Assembly: GCA_002269645.1 (NCBI GenBank) | Contig: NIVC01003294.1 | Span: 1 to 64,000 of the forward strand | Source: Macrostomum lignano | Lineage: Eukaryota | Direction: 5' to 3' | Length of the DNA stretch: 64,000 bases | Shown: positions 35,121-46,659 of the stretch, one piece after another | Position numbering within the stretch: position 1 is the stretch's first letter | Layout: every line of letters begins with the position of its first letter | Translations under genes and position numbers: made by a program | The notes under the pieces: generated by a model | Told to the model about the DNA's origin: nothing | Databases searched by the model: none | Seen by the model: the letters and a program-made list of their open reading frames with translations, nothing else

Positions 35121-36903
35121 TCGAAAGTTCCTATCACTAATTTGTGCTCTAATCGCCTTTGCTTATCCGGGGTTTGCCTATTTTCCATTGCTTAATTAGA
35201 GAGCTGAGCCAATTGTGATACCGTATCTTTTGCTGTATTTTACTCAATAGTGAAGCCGCCTAATTGCCTGATTATTTGCCTAAGGGCCTAATTATTAACT
35301 ATTAACTAACCTCATCATTATTCACTCTTTCACCATCATTTCACCCATGGCTTGCTAAGCCTTTCTCCCGGGGTGGCGAAGCATAAGGAAGTGGGGTAAG
35401 CTAATGGCCTCTCCCCGTGCAAAACCCGCCTGTGAGTGCGTGCTGCGGGGCCGCGTGTGCGTGCAGTAGAGGGATTAGCGAGTCTTGGCACAGAATGGCA
35501 GTAGGAAGGTTGCAACCCCATGCTGACGCGTCCCTTCGCCCTGAGCCATCTAAATTATAGACAGTACATATTCACCTCATACTACTCTTAGTAATCAAAG
35601 TCGCAAGTCAGCCTCGCTCACAGCCACAAATGATCCCCTGCTGAGAAATCCTCCAGATTGAGCCCAGAGTTCCCGATCATGCCCCAAGCAGAGTCCCTGT
35701 ACTCGGCTGCATGTGTCTCCCCTGTTAGCCTAAATCTCCTGGTAACCATCCCAGGCGGGGCTCTAGCCTCGAGAGGTCTGGTAGTAAGATCCAGGTGCGC
35801 CAGGTCAGGTCACATAGAGTGGTGGCAGCCACTCGGTCATACTAGGACCGAGTGACCAACTATTGCACCTTGGCTACAGGTGGGGTCCATGTGGGTCCTT
35901 GGCCCTCTGGTCACGAAGCGCTACCAAAGCTATCAATCATGTGGGCGGGACAGTCTGGTGCTGGAGGTCCGTCAGGTCATTGCCCGGTCATAGGCAGCCT
36001 ACGGTCATTGCCCCCTCTAGTCATGCGTTCGTCTCTCAACGGAGCGGACAGGCGACAAGGGCGGTTATATCATCTTGATCATTTGATCATGTCTCTTGAT
36101 CATGACTCTATTTGGAGAAAAAATGATAATCAGCCTCAAGGCTAGTATTTACTTCGATGTTAATTACTTATAGTAGTAGATAGTAGCATCAGAATAAATC
36201 CAAAGATTAGGAAAATAAATTGTTTAGAATGTGAGACATCTAGATCTATAATCTAGGAAATTGCCTTAAGGGCAGAACAACTATCAGAGGATAAGAACAT
36301 CTAGACTTAGGATCTAAAGAACTTAATAGAAGAAAAAATCTACCAAGGTGTAAGCCTCAACCCTCTGATCCTAGTAATTCCCAGACTGAGGGAAAAGCTC
36401 AATAGGATAAAACTAATACATAAAGTAACAAAAGTAATATAGTTCCAGAAGACTGCTTAGAACAATAATACATAATATGCAGCCAACTTTACATAATACA
36501 TTTAACATTAGGCCTACCAACTTACATAATATGCTACCAGTTTTAAAAATATATCAAGACATTGCTTTAGAAGATAATCCTTAGCAGTCTAGCACAACAT
36601 AGGTGGCAATGGTGCAATTGTTATAAAAGACAGACAAAACCCCTAGGACAATATTATTAAGTCATATATAAAACAATGAGATATTGTCAAAATATTAGAT
36701 GGACAAGTTATATCATTCCACAATAGGGTCCCATCATGTTTTTGAACTTTAAGCACTTGTAACTTTTGAACCATAATAGATAGAACAAAGCTGCAAAAAG
36801 CAATCTGTGTTGAACTTCTAGTTCTATATTTTTCACATAGCTGCTTATGAATTCTAAAACAACTGAAAACATAGCAGAGCATAAACTATGCTATGCTTAT
36901 GGT

Positions 36904-37179
36904 CATACATGCGCAACCTCCAAAATTCGGTCGGCCGTGCGACTAAGTTTTAACAAAAATGCGACTTAGATGTAAGAAACCGTGAAGAAAAATTAACGCA
37001 ACTTTGGGTAAACGGCAGGAGTAACTATGACTATCCTTTAAAGCCAAAATGCCTCGTCAGCTACTTAGTACTACTACTTCGGTGTGTGTTTTTCGGGTGG
37101 GCATTTTTGCGACTTCCTTGGTTGGCCGCCAAATCGGTCGGCCGGATCGGCCGACTCGGCCGACTGTTGCGCATGTATG
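36904..37179. mobile_element. MITE with 14-bp TIRs and 8-bp TSD (hAT- or P-like), containing a 28S rRNA fragment
   Basis: TIR CATACATGCGCAAC (36904-36917) / GTTGCGCATGTATG (37166-37179); TSD CTTATGGT at 36896-36903 and 37180-37187; subterminal CGGCCG repeats. Confidence 0.9.
36970..37069 (+). other. Diverged ~100-bp 28S rRNA fragment (helices 68-71) inside the MITE; not an rRNA gene
   Basis: GTGAAGAAAAATTAAC...GGGTAAACGGCAGGAGTAACTATGACTATCCTTTAAAGCCAAAATGCCTCGTCAGCTACTTAGT versus recalled eukaryotic 28S GTGAAGAAATTCAA...GGGTAAACGGCGGGAGTAACTATGACTCTCTTAAGGTAGCCAAATGCCTCGTCATCTAATTAGT. Confidence 0.85.
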
Positions 37180-37859
37180 CTTATGGTGATCTCTTCATTA
37201 AAAACGACCATTACAAATCTTTTTTCAGACTCCACCAGTCAGATGCATTAGGCATTTTTCCCGAAACTTTAGGAGTAAATAGTTGTAGATATTTTCTATT
37301 AATTTGAGAGTTTTCATTATAATACTTGAAATATTTTCAAAGTTATAGGCATTAAAAGTTGAAAAAGCTATACCAAAAACGACTATTACTCTCATGGAAT
37401 TACCCTACCTAAGTGTGCTGCATGCCTAGCCTAAGTAGCAAAGGCACAAGGTAAGTATTAAATTTTAATAGTCAGTCAATCAATAGAGAAAACCCCTTCC
37501 AGTATATATTGATAGTAATACCAGGTTCATGTATTTTTATTTGAGAGAAATGTCTCTAAAAACTTAACTAGCATATTCAATGCTAGATCCTTGTATTAAA
37601 CTAGCAATGTTTATAGTATCATAAAAATCAAATTCAAACAATATGTAAATAGATCACTATTGTTCAATGCCAAGACCTAGACCCTGATTGAAACCTTGGA
37701 GACAGCTAGATGCTGCACAAAAAACATGCAGCCATGCTATGTGTAACACTTGGAATACACAGTAGCCTAGACAGCAAGACTAATGCCATGCTCTATACAA
37801 AGGTATGCCTAATGCAGCCTTTTGACCTACTATACAGGCAACAATAGCAATGTCAACTA

Positions 37860-38030
37860 TTAAGATTTGCTGCAAAGAATCAGCTTTGGTTGATTGCACA
37901 CAGTGGGGTAAAAAGGTGGGAATAAGGGGCATGCAATCTACCAATTATCCACAATCCCAAGGGGCCTCTGCAAAGATCTGCAATACTTTTACTATGTTTG
38001 CAAATGTTCTTAACTTTATAAAAACTATAG
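37860..38030 (+). mobile_element. Possible decayed rve-type integrase remnant
   Basis: WGKKVGIRGMQSTNYPQSQGASAKICNT resembles GIxHxxSxxYHPQSQGxxERxNxT; there are no other supporting domains. Confidence 0.35.
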
Positions 38031-38419
38031 CACTCCTTGATATATTCAATTTGATAAAATTAATTGAGACCCATATAAATATATATACATGTGTAGTTGC
38101 AAAATATAAATATACAAGATTCATAAGGCACAGATGCATATGGGTTAGAATTGGAGTTGAGTACACATGGCCAATGATGCATTTACATAGAAAATTTATA
38201 TCAGAGTATTATATTTCACTTCTAGTGTATGCATATATGTATATTGTATATACAAGTAATAGTAGGCCTAATAAAGAAATTGAATGCTAAATTTAATCAT
38301 TTTAAATAAAATAGAATAATTAGTACAATAACATCAATATATAAATAACAATTATTATAAGCAGCAAATTATTACAGTTGTATCAGATATATATCATTCA
38401 AAAAAAGTAAATTTTAGTC

Positions 38420-39470
38420 ATTTGTCAATAAGCAATTGCTTTGGTCATTGGTCATTTTGTCAATAAGCAAGTGCTTTAGTCATTGGTCATTTAGTCAATA
38501 AGCAAGTGCTTTAGTCATTGGTCATTTTGTCAATAAGCAAGTGCCTTAGTTATTGGTCATTTTGTCAATAAGCAAGTGCCTTAGTTATTGGTCATTTTGT
38601 CAATAAGCAAGTGCCTTAGTTATTGGTCATTTTGTCAATAAGCAAGTCACAAGTGCCTTAGTTATTGGTCATTTTGTCAATAAGCAAGTGCCTTAGTTAT
38701 TGGTCATTTTGTCAATAAGCAAGTCACAAGTGCCTTAGTTATTGGTCATTTTGTCAATAAGCAAGTGCCTTAGTCATTGGTCATTTTGTCAATAAGCAAG
38801 TGCCTTAGTTATTGGTCATTTTGTCAATAAGCAAGTGCCTTAGTCATTGGTCATTTTGTCAATAAGCAAGTGCCTTAGTTATTGGTCATTTTGTCAATAA
38901 GCAAGTGCCTTAGTTATTGGTCATTTTGTCAATAAGCAAGTGCCTTAGTTATTGGTCATTTTGTCAATAAGCAAGTGCCTTAGTTATTGGTCATTTTGTC
39001 AATAAGCAAGTGCCTTAGTTATTGGTCATTTTGTCAATAAGCAAGTGCCTTAGTTATAGGTCATTTTGTCAATAAGCAAGTGCCTTAGTCATTGGTCATT
39101 TTGTCAATAAGCAAGTGCCTTAGTTATTGGTCATTTTGTCAATAAGCAAGTCACAAGTGCCTTAGTTATTGGTCATTTTGTCAATAAGCAAGTGCCTTAG
39201 TTATTGGTCATTTTGTCAATAAGCAAGTGCCTTAGTTATTGGTCATTTTGTCAATAAGCAAGTGCCTTAGTCATTGGTCATTTTGTCAATAAGCAAGTGC
39301 CTTAGTTATTGATCATTTTGTCAATAAGCAAGTCACAAGTGCCTTAGTTATTAGTCATTTTGTCAATAAGCAAGTGCCTTAGTCATTGGTCATTTTGTCA
39401 ATAAGCAAGTGCCTTAGTTATTGGTCATTTTGGCAATAAGCAAGTGCTTTAGTCATTGGTCATTTTTTCA
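38420..39470. repeat. Minisatellite, 35-bp unit GGTCATTTTGTCAATAAGCAAGTGCCTTAGTTATT
   Basis: About 29 head-to-tail copies, some with a 7-bp TCACAAG insert; no spacers. Confidence 0.96.
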
Positions 39471-39859
39471 ACTGTCAATAAAGTTGCCCCAACACTTTGG
39501 TCAATTTGTTGATAAAGTTGACAAAATGCTAGTGCAATTGACAAAATGACTATTATCCATTTCCTATCCTTTTTTCTAGTTGTCCCTGATTGATGTAGAT
39601 AATCTACACTATATTTAGAATATTGGTTAGTATCCAACCTAAGAGGGCTTTTTAGCCTTTTTATTTTTCAATTTTATTTTATATTTCAAATTCTTGTCAC
39701 TTTCTTTAATCAAGATTCAATTGAGAAAAAAGTCAAAATCTAGAATATTGATTGCAAGATTAAGATCGTGTCTAACCTCTAGTCAATAAGTTGAATAGGC
39801 TTAGGTCTAATACTAGAAAACCCTATTAGAATAAGTGTAGAAAACCTGTGGATGTGCAA

Positions 39860-40224
39860 GGGGGCCGTAGCCCAGCGGTTTAGCACAGGCTCTGGTATGC
39901 CAACGACCCAGGCTCAATTCCAAGTGCAATCACATTAATTTGGGGCTGAATTGGAATCTTAGCTTGGCTCTGCTTGTGCAATTAATGGCCTTGAGAGCCA
40001 GCCTCCCAAGGCGCAATGAAGTGTACATGCCTAACAATTCCTCGTATAAAGTTAGGGCCACTATACACTCCTATGTGAGTGTGTGCCTACGTACGTATCT
40101 GTACGCTTGTGTGCTTGCTCAGGGGAGTCAGCGGAATGGGCAGTAATGCCTCTCGCCAGTTGTGTGCCTATGTTGCTTAAAATGCGCCAAGGTGCACACA
40201 ACCCCCTGCCTCTAACAAAAAAAA
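39860..40224 (+). mobile_element. tRNA-derived SINE family B, apparently full length with 13-bp TSD
   Basis: A-box TAGCCCAGCGG, B-box-like GGCTCAATTCC, A-tail, and TSD TGTGGATGTGCAA at 39847-39859 and 40225-40237. Confidence 0.9.
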
Positions 40225-41641
40225 TGTGGATGTGCAACATAGGATCTAAAATTGTAGCTCAAAAATGCAATGCAATATAGAACATATTTTAACTTTTATA
40301 CTAACTAAATACAAACATAGTACTAATTAGATGATGAGGCATTTAGCCACCCTTAATACAATAGTCATAGTTACTTTTGATATTTATCTAAAAACCATAC
40401 TAGGCCTATGCTACAACATTACCTGCTTTTGATTCTAGCTATGACAAAAATACTGCAAGGTTCCAAAATTATGACAATAAATGGTTAGATATCTTTTGTC
40501 TACTTATTCCAATATACCTAGGGATAGTCAGATAGAGAACATGGCATATACAATTTCTAGGCCTACTTAAAATTCTACTTGGAGTAATTTCTACTTAAAA
40601 TTCAAATTTGAATAATTTCTATTTAGAAATAAAATGCATAATACTAATACTGTAATAGTATTTTTATGATTATGAATTTAGGAACAATTATATTTTTAGT
40701 ATATAGGAAAGTATATAACATTAGACAAATAAAACTGACAAAATTTTTCTCATCCCAAGCCATACTAGACAAGTAAAACCAACATTATATCCAACTAATA
40801 TTGGACAAAAAACAAATATTAATTATCTAGTTACAAATAAAAGAAACATTATTTGTATAATATTGGATTTGGATAAAAAATCACTTTCATTGACAATTGT
40901 GTAGATCCCCTTAATATTGGTAGGATATATGTCTACTCTATACCTATATTTTAGACTTGTTTTAATACTATTGATATTGACAGGGTTGTTGATATTGATA
41001 CTATTGATAGAGTTATGAACAATGAACAAGTTAACCCCTATTACAGTAGGCCTATTAGTAATAGGGTTAGCATTTAGCGAGGCCAATAATATCTATCAAA
41101 TAGGCTTATTAGTTTTGATTTCATTTAGGTCGTATTGTTAGCAAGAAGTCTGGTTAAATCAGTCAACATAGACAACGTCACAACAGTAAATTCTAAAAAA
41201 CTTATTTTATTTTAATAGATTAGATACTCGTTTTATTTTCAATTTAAATAGTTATAACTTTAATGCTTATAAAAATGCTTATAAAAATGAAATTATACAT
41301 ACTGTAAACATACTAATGGCACTACAACTATTACTATTAGGAATCCGCTTCATGTTCGCAGCATTTGCCTTCACAAAGCTGTTTCCAAGAAATCGTAAAT
41401 CTTTTTTAAATCGTACCACAACAAATTGCTATTAAACAAGTTGTAATGGTATATTACACTTGAAACAAAAAATCATGTAGCCATACTCAATGAAACTGTA
41501 CGCAAGTTTTTGTAAATAATATCTTCAATAATTAATCGCTAAGTAAGCAGTTAGTTTTTAAGGACGTACCGTACCGTCAACAACTTACCAATTCCCAGCT
41601 TTTATATTTTCAGCGTGATCAAAGTATTATGGGTTTGGATA

Positions 41642-42196
41642 CCATGGTCAGGAAGGTGCAGCGTGTGCGCCGGAATAACATCCATCAAAATTTTTGTTGT
41701 GCGCCGCGTGCGCCGAGAAAAAAAAATTACTTGTGCGCCATGCGCTGAGAAAAATACACTTAAAAAAGCACCATCAAGTATTAAGTATCTAAATTGAATC
41801 AATACCAATGGAAGTTCAAGCAGTTCAATCATAGCTTCTATTTGCAAAATATAAGCAAAAAGACGCAACAAAAGCCGCGAAAGGCGCAAATTTGTTAAGT
41901 TTGTTAAGTCGATTAATGAAATTTGAAATAGAAACAACATTGGAAATAACGGCTATCGTATCGACTATCGTTTATTTTATTGATTGATTGACATTTAATA
42001 TACAATATCATTATTATATTGTCACGTACACTGACGTACCTTGTGCGCCATGCGCCGAGCCATGCACCGATGCACCGAGCCATGCGCCGATGCGCCGAGC
42101 CCATGCGCGCGGCGCAGTGAAGTGTGCGCCGTGCGCCGGCAAATTGCTGATTTGCGCCGGAAAATTCCGAGGATTCTACCGTCTTCCTGGCTGTGG
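41642..42196. mobile_element. MITE with imperfect 14-bp TIRs and 8-bp TSD (hAT-like)
   Basis: TSD TTTGGATA at 41634-41641 and 42197-42204. TIR CCATGGTCAGGAAG versus CCACAGCCAGGAAG (reverse complement of right end). Many subterminal TGCGCC(G) motifs. Confidence 0.75.
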
Positions 42197-42546
42197 TTTG
42201 GATAGAGTTTGTGCAGTCATTCTGGTCCTATTACCAATCAAACAACTGCTTCTTTTCTTACATGGATTTACAATACAGAAATTATTTGTGTTTGTAATTG
42301 TGGCGAGACAAAAACAAAAATAACTTCGATATAACTAGGGCCTATATCAACTATTAGGCCCTAAACTATGTGAACTAGGCCTAGCTACTTAGAAAATATC
42401 TGTTGCCACTATAACCACAGCCATATCTATAGCTATAGCAAAACCCTATATGTTAAAGTTATATTTATTAATTATTGCATTTGTTAGCATTTTCATTTAG
42501 AGATTCTGAAAATGATTTTATCATAATTAGTGTCCTATTTATAATT

Positions 42547-43762
42547 GGGTCCATGAGATTTGAGAAATGCCCGCAGACAAATTGCCCGCCAAGATTTGCC
42601 CGCCGAGCTTTTCCTGCCGTAATTTTCCCGCAATGCAATCTGCCTGCGAGTGAATTGCCCGCAGAGATTTGCCTGCCAAGATTTCCGCAATGCTTTTTCC
42701 TTTAGTGCTGCATTTACTCGTACATGTAATGTAGCCTTGCGAGTAGCAACAGATTTGCCTGCATTGCGTTTTGTCAACACCCAATGCTAAGTAATATCAT
42801 TTTTTTATAAAAATATTTAGCCAATCAAATTGCTCCTGTAATATACATGTAATTGTATTTCAAATTTCTCTATGCAGATTTTTCTTGTGGGAGAAGTTTT
42901 CATTTCTATAGCAGCATATCAGTGAGCCACATATATTCTATGTAGCTAATGTCCTCCTAGACTAGAGCATGCTCGATGCAATTTTTGGCGCCACAGTTGA
43001 GATTTTTTGTGGGAAATGAAAAATCTAAAAAACTAAAATTCCTTTTGCAACAACTTTTCTACAATTATGTCTTGTCAATGGAGGAAAGAATAGAATGGAG
43101 TGCTAATCTGAGCCAGTTATTTTTATCTCGCTCAATCTTAACTTTTAACATCCTTTTCCCCCATTCCTTCCTATTGGCTAAAAGCATATTTTGATGTGAG
43201 CTTATACTATGCTGGGACAGACCTTTTAGAGGGGAACAAAAGTGAAAACAAGACAAAAAATACTTTGTCTATGGCAGTCACGAGCCAATAGGAAAGAATG
43301 GAGGGGAAAGGGATGTTAAAAGTTAGCTACATAGCATTAGCTACATAGAATATATGTGGCTCACTGATGTGCCACTATAGAAATGAAAACTTCTCCCATA
43401 AGAAAAACTTGCATAGAGAAATTTGAAATACAATTACATGTATACTACAGGAGCAATTTGATTGGCTAAATATTTTTATAAAAAAATGACATTACTTAGC
43501 ATTGGGTGTTGACAAAACGCAATGCAGGCAAATCTGTCGCTACTTGCAAGGCTACATTACATGTACGAGTAAATGCAGCACTAAAGGAAAAAGCATTGCG
43601 GAAATCTCCATGGGCAATTCACTTGTGGGCAGATTGTATTGCAGTCAAATTTCAGCGGGCAAACCCCCTGCAGGCAAATCTCCTGCGAGCAAATCTCGGC
43701 AAGAAAAGCTCGGCGGGCAAATCTTGGCAGGCAATTTGTCTGCGGGCATTTCTCGTGCTCCC
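42547..43762. mobile_element. Non-autonomous Mutator(MULE)/foldback-like element
   Basis: 9-bp TSD TTTATAATT at 42538-42546 and 43763-43771; GGG...CCC termini. Inverted arms of ~400 bp (42547-~42950 vs ~43335-43762), plus an inner arm pair ~43140-43180 / ~43283-43323. Confidence 0.88.
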
Positions 43763-43867
43763 TTTATAATTATATATGATAAATAGATTTGTTTATTATA
43801 GTATATATTGTCTTCTAATATATATTATATGCAGAAAATATGTTTTGGTATTTTGTTTATTTGTTTA

Positions 43868-44623
43868 TGTGACAGGCCTTTTGGCTCTGTCTTTCTAAAC
43901 TTCTAACTATTAGTGTTTATTAAATATCCTACGAGCTGCCACCAAAGTTGTTACAGGCCTTTCACCTCTTACTTTATCAATTTTAATCCCACCGATTTGC
44001 CAACTACAGTTATCCTGATTATACTTGCTTTTACTCCCTAACTATTTCTTAGAATTTCATTTAAATATTTCTGGGTAGCGTTCTTAGTAGCGTTTCTGGT
44101 AGCGTTTCTGGTAGCTTATGGCTTGCTTTCTGGTAGCGTTCTAGTAGCTTATGGCCTGAGCGGTCTAGTACTGGTATATGTATTAGTGTATAGTCCTAAT
44201 CGGGCGTTCACCGAGACTAGAGGGTCACGGCGCCTCTCTTGGTATATCTCCAAGAATTAGTCCCAATTCCCTTCTCTTAGCAAATTTCTTAGAATCGTTT
44301 CACAGGTTTTGCAAATAAATAAGTCGCTATTTAGCTCAAAGACTTTGAAATGGTTTAGATTGAACTGCTTATTCTGTTCGCAATTATTTGCTCACGAGTA
44401 AAAGACAGTTAGAGTATATTTGTCGCAAAACCGCTCCTATATATAGTGATTTTTCCCACATACGATTAAAACAAAAAAATAATTCTCCAATTTATTTCGC
44501 GCATTAAAACAAACTATTATTTGGCGTTCGCGTAGATTCAGTTTCTAAGAAAGATTCGAATATACAGTTATTACATTGAAAGAACATTCGAGTATACTAT
44601 GATAAAGGCATAGCACTAGTACA
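43868..44623 (-). repeat. 3' LTR (756 bp)
   Basis: Direct repeat of 48155-48922, abutted by the PPT. Confidence 0.95.
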
Positions 44624-44909
44624 ACTTTCCTCCTCTATATATCAAATTTTGAACGAAATACTATATTATATGTATACAGTGAAAAATTGATATCGTAGGA
44701 AAATGCAGGTGAAAAGGTGCAAAGCAAGGTGCAGAAAACACAATTCAGTGCTAAAACAATTGGTGCATAAAATGGTTGTGATAGAACTATTATGTAGGTA
44801 AACCATTAAAGTGAGAACTATTATGGAAGCAAAACGAACTATTATAAAAGTATTATAAAAGGCAAAATTGTTATTAAAGGCAACGCAAAAGTTAGTTCAC
44901 CTCAATAGT

Positions 44910-45785
44910 TCAGATAAACATGCAGGGCTCCGGGAGGTCGCGATAGTAGGGCCAGCCGACTTGAGCGAAAAACCATCGGTACTCTTCGTCGAGGACCGTC
45001 AGCGCTGGCGGCGGGTTGGCTCTTATAGCTCGCTGGAGGCGATAGGCGACGTCCTGGAGAACAGCGACAGCTTCCTGGTAACTGAATTGATCCCTCAGAA
45101 ACTTCAGGTGTGTCCAAATTTGCGAGCATTGGGGGTAGCGCTGTCGGCTGTCGGATCGGTGGTATGCTACTTTCAGTGCGTATTGCTCAATGTGGAAGCG
45201 TAGCTTTTCCACCTCTGCTCCGCGAGTCTCCACAAGTTCTCGGACGATGCGATGAAAATCTCTCTGCGAATTCGATTGCTGCTGGCTCGGCTGTAGTGCT
45301 GATGGCTGGCTAGACTGCTGCGCTGATTGCAGGCTCGGCTGCAGCGCTGACTGCTGCGCTGATTGCAGGCTCGGCTGCGACGCTGGCTGCTGAGCTGGCG
45401 GTGTCGCAGCTGTCGATTTCTTCTGCCGTGGTGCCGGGGTCTTTCTCGATGATGGGGCAGCTGGCGGTGACACCAACTGCTGCGTTCGGCTTGATGTCGA
45501 CGATCCTGGCGTGGCCTTGACAACATAGGAGCGCACGGGCGCAGCTGCCTGTGCTGCCACCAGGGCGGCGCGCTTCTGCTCGGGGCCTTCGACCCTCATT
45601 TGGCGGCAAGGCGATGAAGCTGGCGATGATGTTCTTGGCCGTTTGCTGGATACACCAGGCGCCTTTGGACGTGTTGCACATCGAAGCGGTGCCTCATTTT
45701 CGTCGGTGTTGGGCGCTGGCTGGGGCTCCATATCGTCTGACAGATTGCCAATTAACTCGTCCAAGATATCAATAGAGTTGTTCAT
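44910..45785 (-). CDS. Extra ORF of the LTR element, 291 aa, unknown function (disordered N-half, predicted helical C-domain)
   Basis: ATG-to-stop intact, GC-rich and not repeat-derived; preceded by a GC box and TATA. Confidence 0.7.
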   Translation of the reverse strand: MNNSIDILDELIGNLSDDMEPQPAPNTDENEAPLRCATRPKAPGVSSKRPRTSSPASSPCRQMRVEGPEQKRAALVAAQAAAPVRSYVVKATPGSSTSSRTQQLVSPPAAPSSRKTPAPRQKKSTAATPPAQQPASQPSLQSAQQSALQPSLQSAQQSSQPSALQPSQQQSNSQRDFHRIVRELVETRGAEVEKLRFHIEQYALKVAYHRSDSRQRYPQCSQIWTHLKFLRDQFSYQEAVAVLQDVAYRLQRAIRANPPPALTVLDEEYRWFFAQVGWPYYRDLPEPCMFI

Positions 45786-45837
45786 TTTGATTTCTCTGCG
45801 AATGGCTCTTAGAATAGAAAGGAAGCTAGCAGTGAGC

Positions 45838-45936
45838 TATGGGATCTGTGGGGCCTGCGGGGTGCTCGTATTTATAGGCTGGCGGGCCGAAAAACTGGAC
45901 CTCTTCGAAGCACTCCCCTCGCGCGTGGGGCGGGGC
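45838..45936 (-). promoter_or_regulatory. Internal promoter of the extra ORF: GC box, TATAAATA, Inr-like TCACT
   Basis: GGGGCGGGGC at 45927-45936; TATAAATA (minus) at 45876-45869, about 30 nt before an Inr-like site and ~85 nt before ATG 45785. Confidence 0.6.
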
Positions 45937-46185
45937 ATGCCAGATTTGACAGATTTGACAACTAAATTTTTATGGATTTTCTATTTCTTTTTATAACTTT
46001 TTTATTTTTTGATAGATTTTCTTGAGTAAAGTATCAAATTAAAGATCGCATTTTGTAGATTAATATGGTATTTACAGATTCGCTCTATGTACAGCATGTC
46101 AAATTTTATAAGCAGATAAGTAATTCTAATACGGAATTTTAACTATTTAACACTGTTTCTTATGGGAAATTGCTTACGTCATGAT

Positions 46186-46659
46186 TTAAGGTGCTAAATA
46201 TTTCGCGTAGCGCCTTCGGGGCACAAATCCTGTCGCGCCTTCTCTTTCTCTCCTTCGCTGAGTCATCCTAAAGTTATACCTATTCTCTGGCTGAACTCGT
46301 TCCTCCTCTAACTCTAATGCTCCTTCTTCTTCTTCTGATGGCTCATCTGAGTCAGTCACTCTCTCTGTATTCTCACTGTTCAATTCTTCATTTCCTTCGT
46401 TTTCACTCTGCGAATTCGGATCTGCGAATACTCTCCATTGAATTCTGTTTTCTTCGTCTGAGCTTTCCTCCTCTAAAATTTGAACTTCTGGAATTCTAAC
46501 TTCTTTTTGTCTATGGCAAATTCTTTTCTTCGGCTTCGGCGGTTCCTTCTTCTTAGTTGACACTGGTGCTGGTTTTAAATTATTATTAATTTCCTCTGGT
46601 AAATCAATTTCGGATTTCGGTACTGGAGTCAGATTATTTCTATGTTTCTCTTCGAACAA
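46186..46659 (-). pseudogene. Probable remnant of the pol/integrase C-terminal tail
   Basis: Acidic low-complexity stretch ending PENRYNFRMTQRRR...RRRYAKYLAP, like Gypsy integrase tails (RYNLR); no catalytic domains. Confidence 0.4.

Noticed and set aside
36970-37069. rRNA gene
   Set aside because: Only about 100 bp, diverged, H69 pairing broken, and enclosed by TIRs and a TSD; kept as a fragment only.
38420-39470. 35-bp direct repeats suggestive of CRISPR
   Set aside because: Units are head-to-tail with no unique spacers, there are no cas genes, and the context is eukaryotic.
39860-39930. tRNA genes at SINE heads (also 51820-51894, 55767-55835, 58663-58735)
   Set aside because: A/B boxes are present but continue into shared SINE bodies, with no proper acceptor stem or terminator.
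44910-45785. env gene
   Set aside because: No signal peptide, furin/fusion-peptide pattern or TM anchor.
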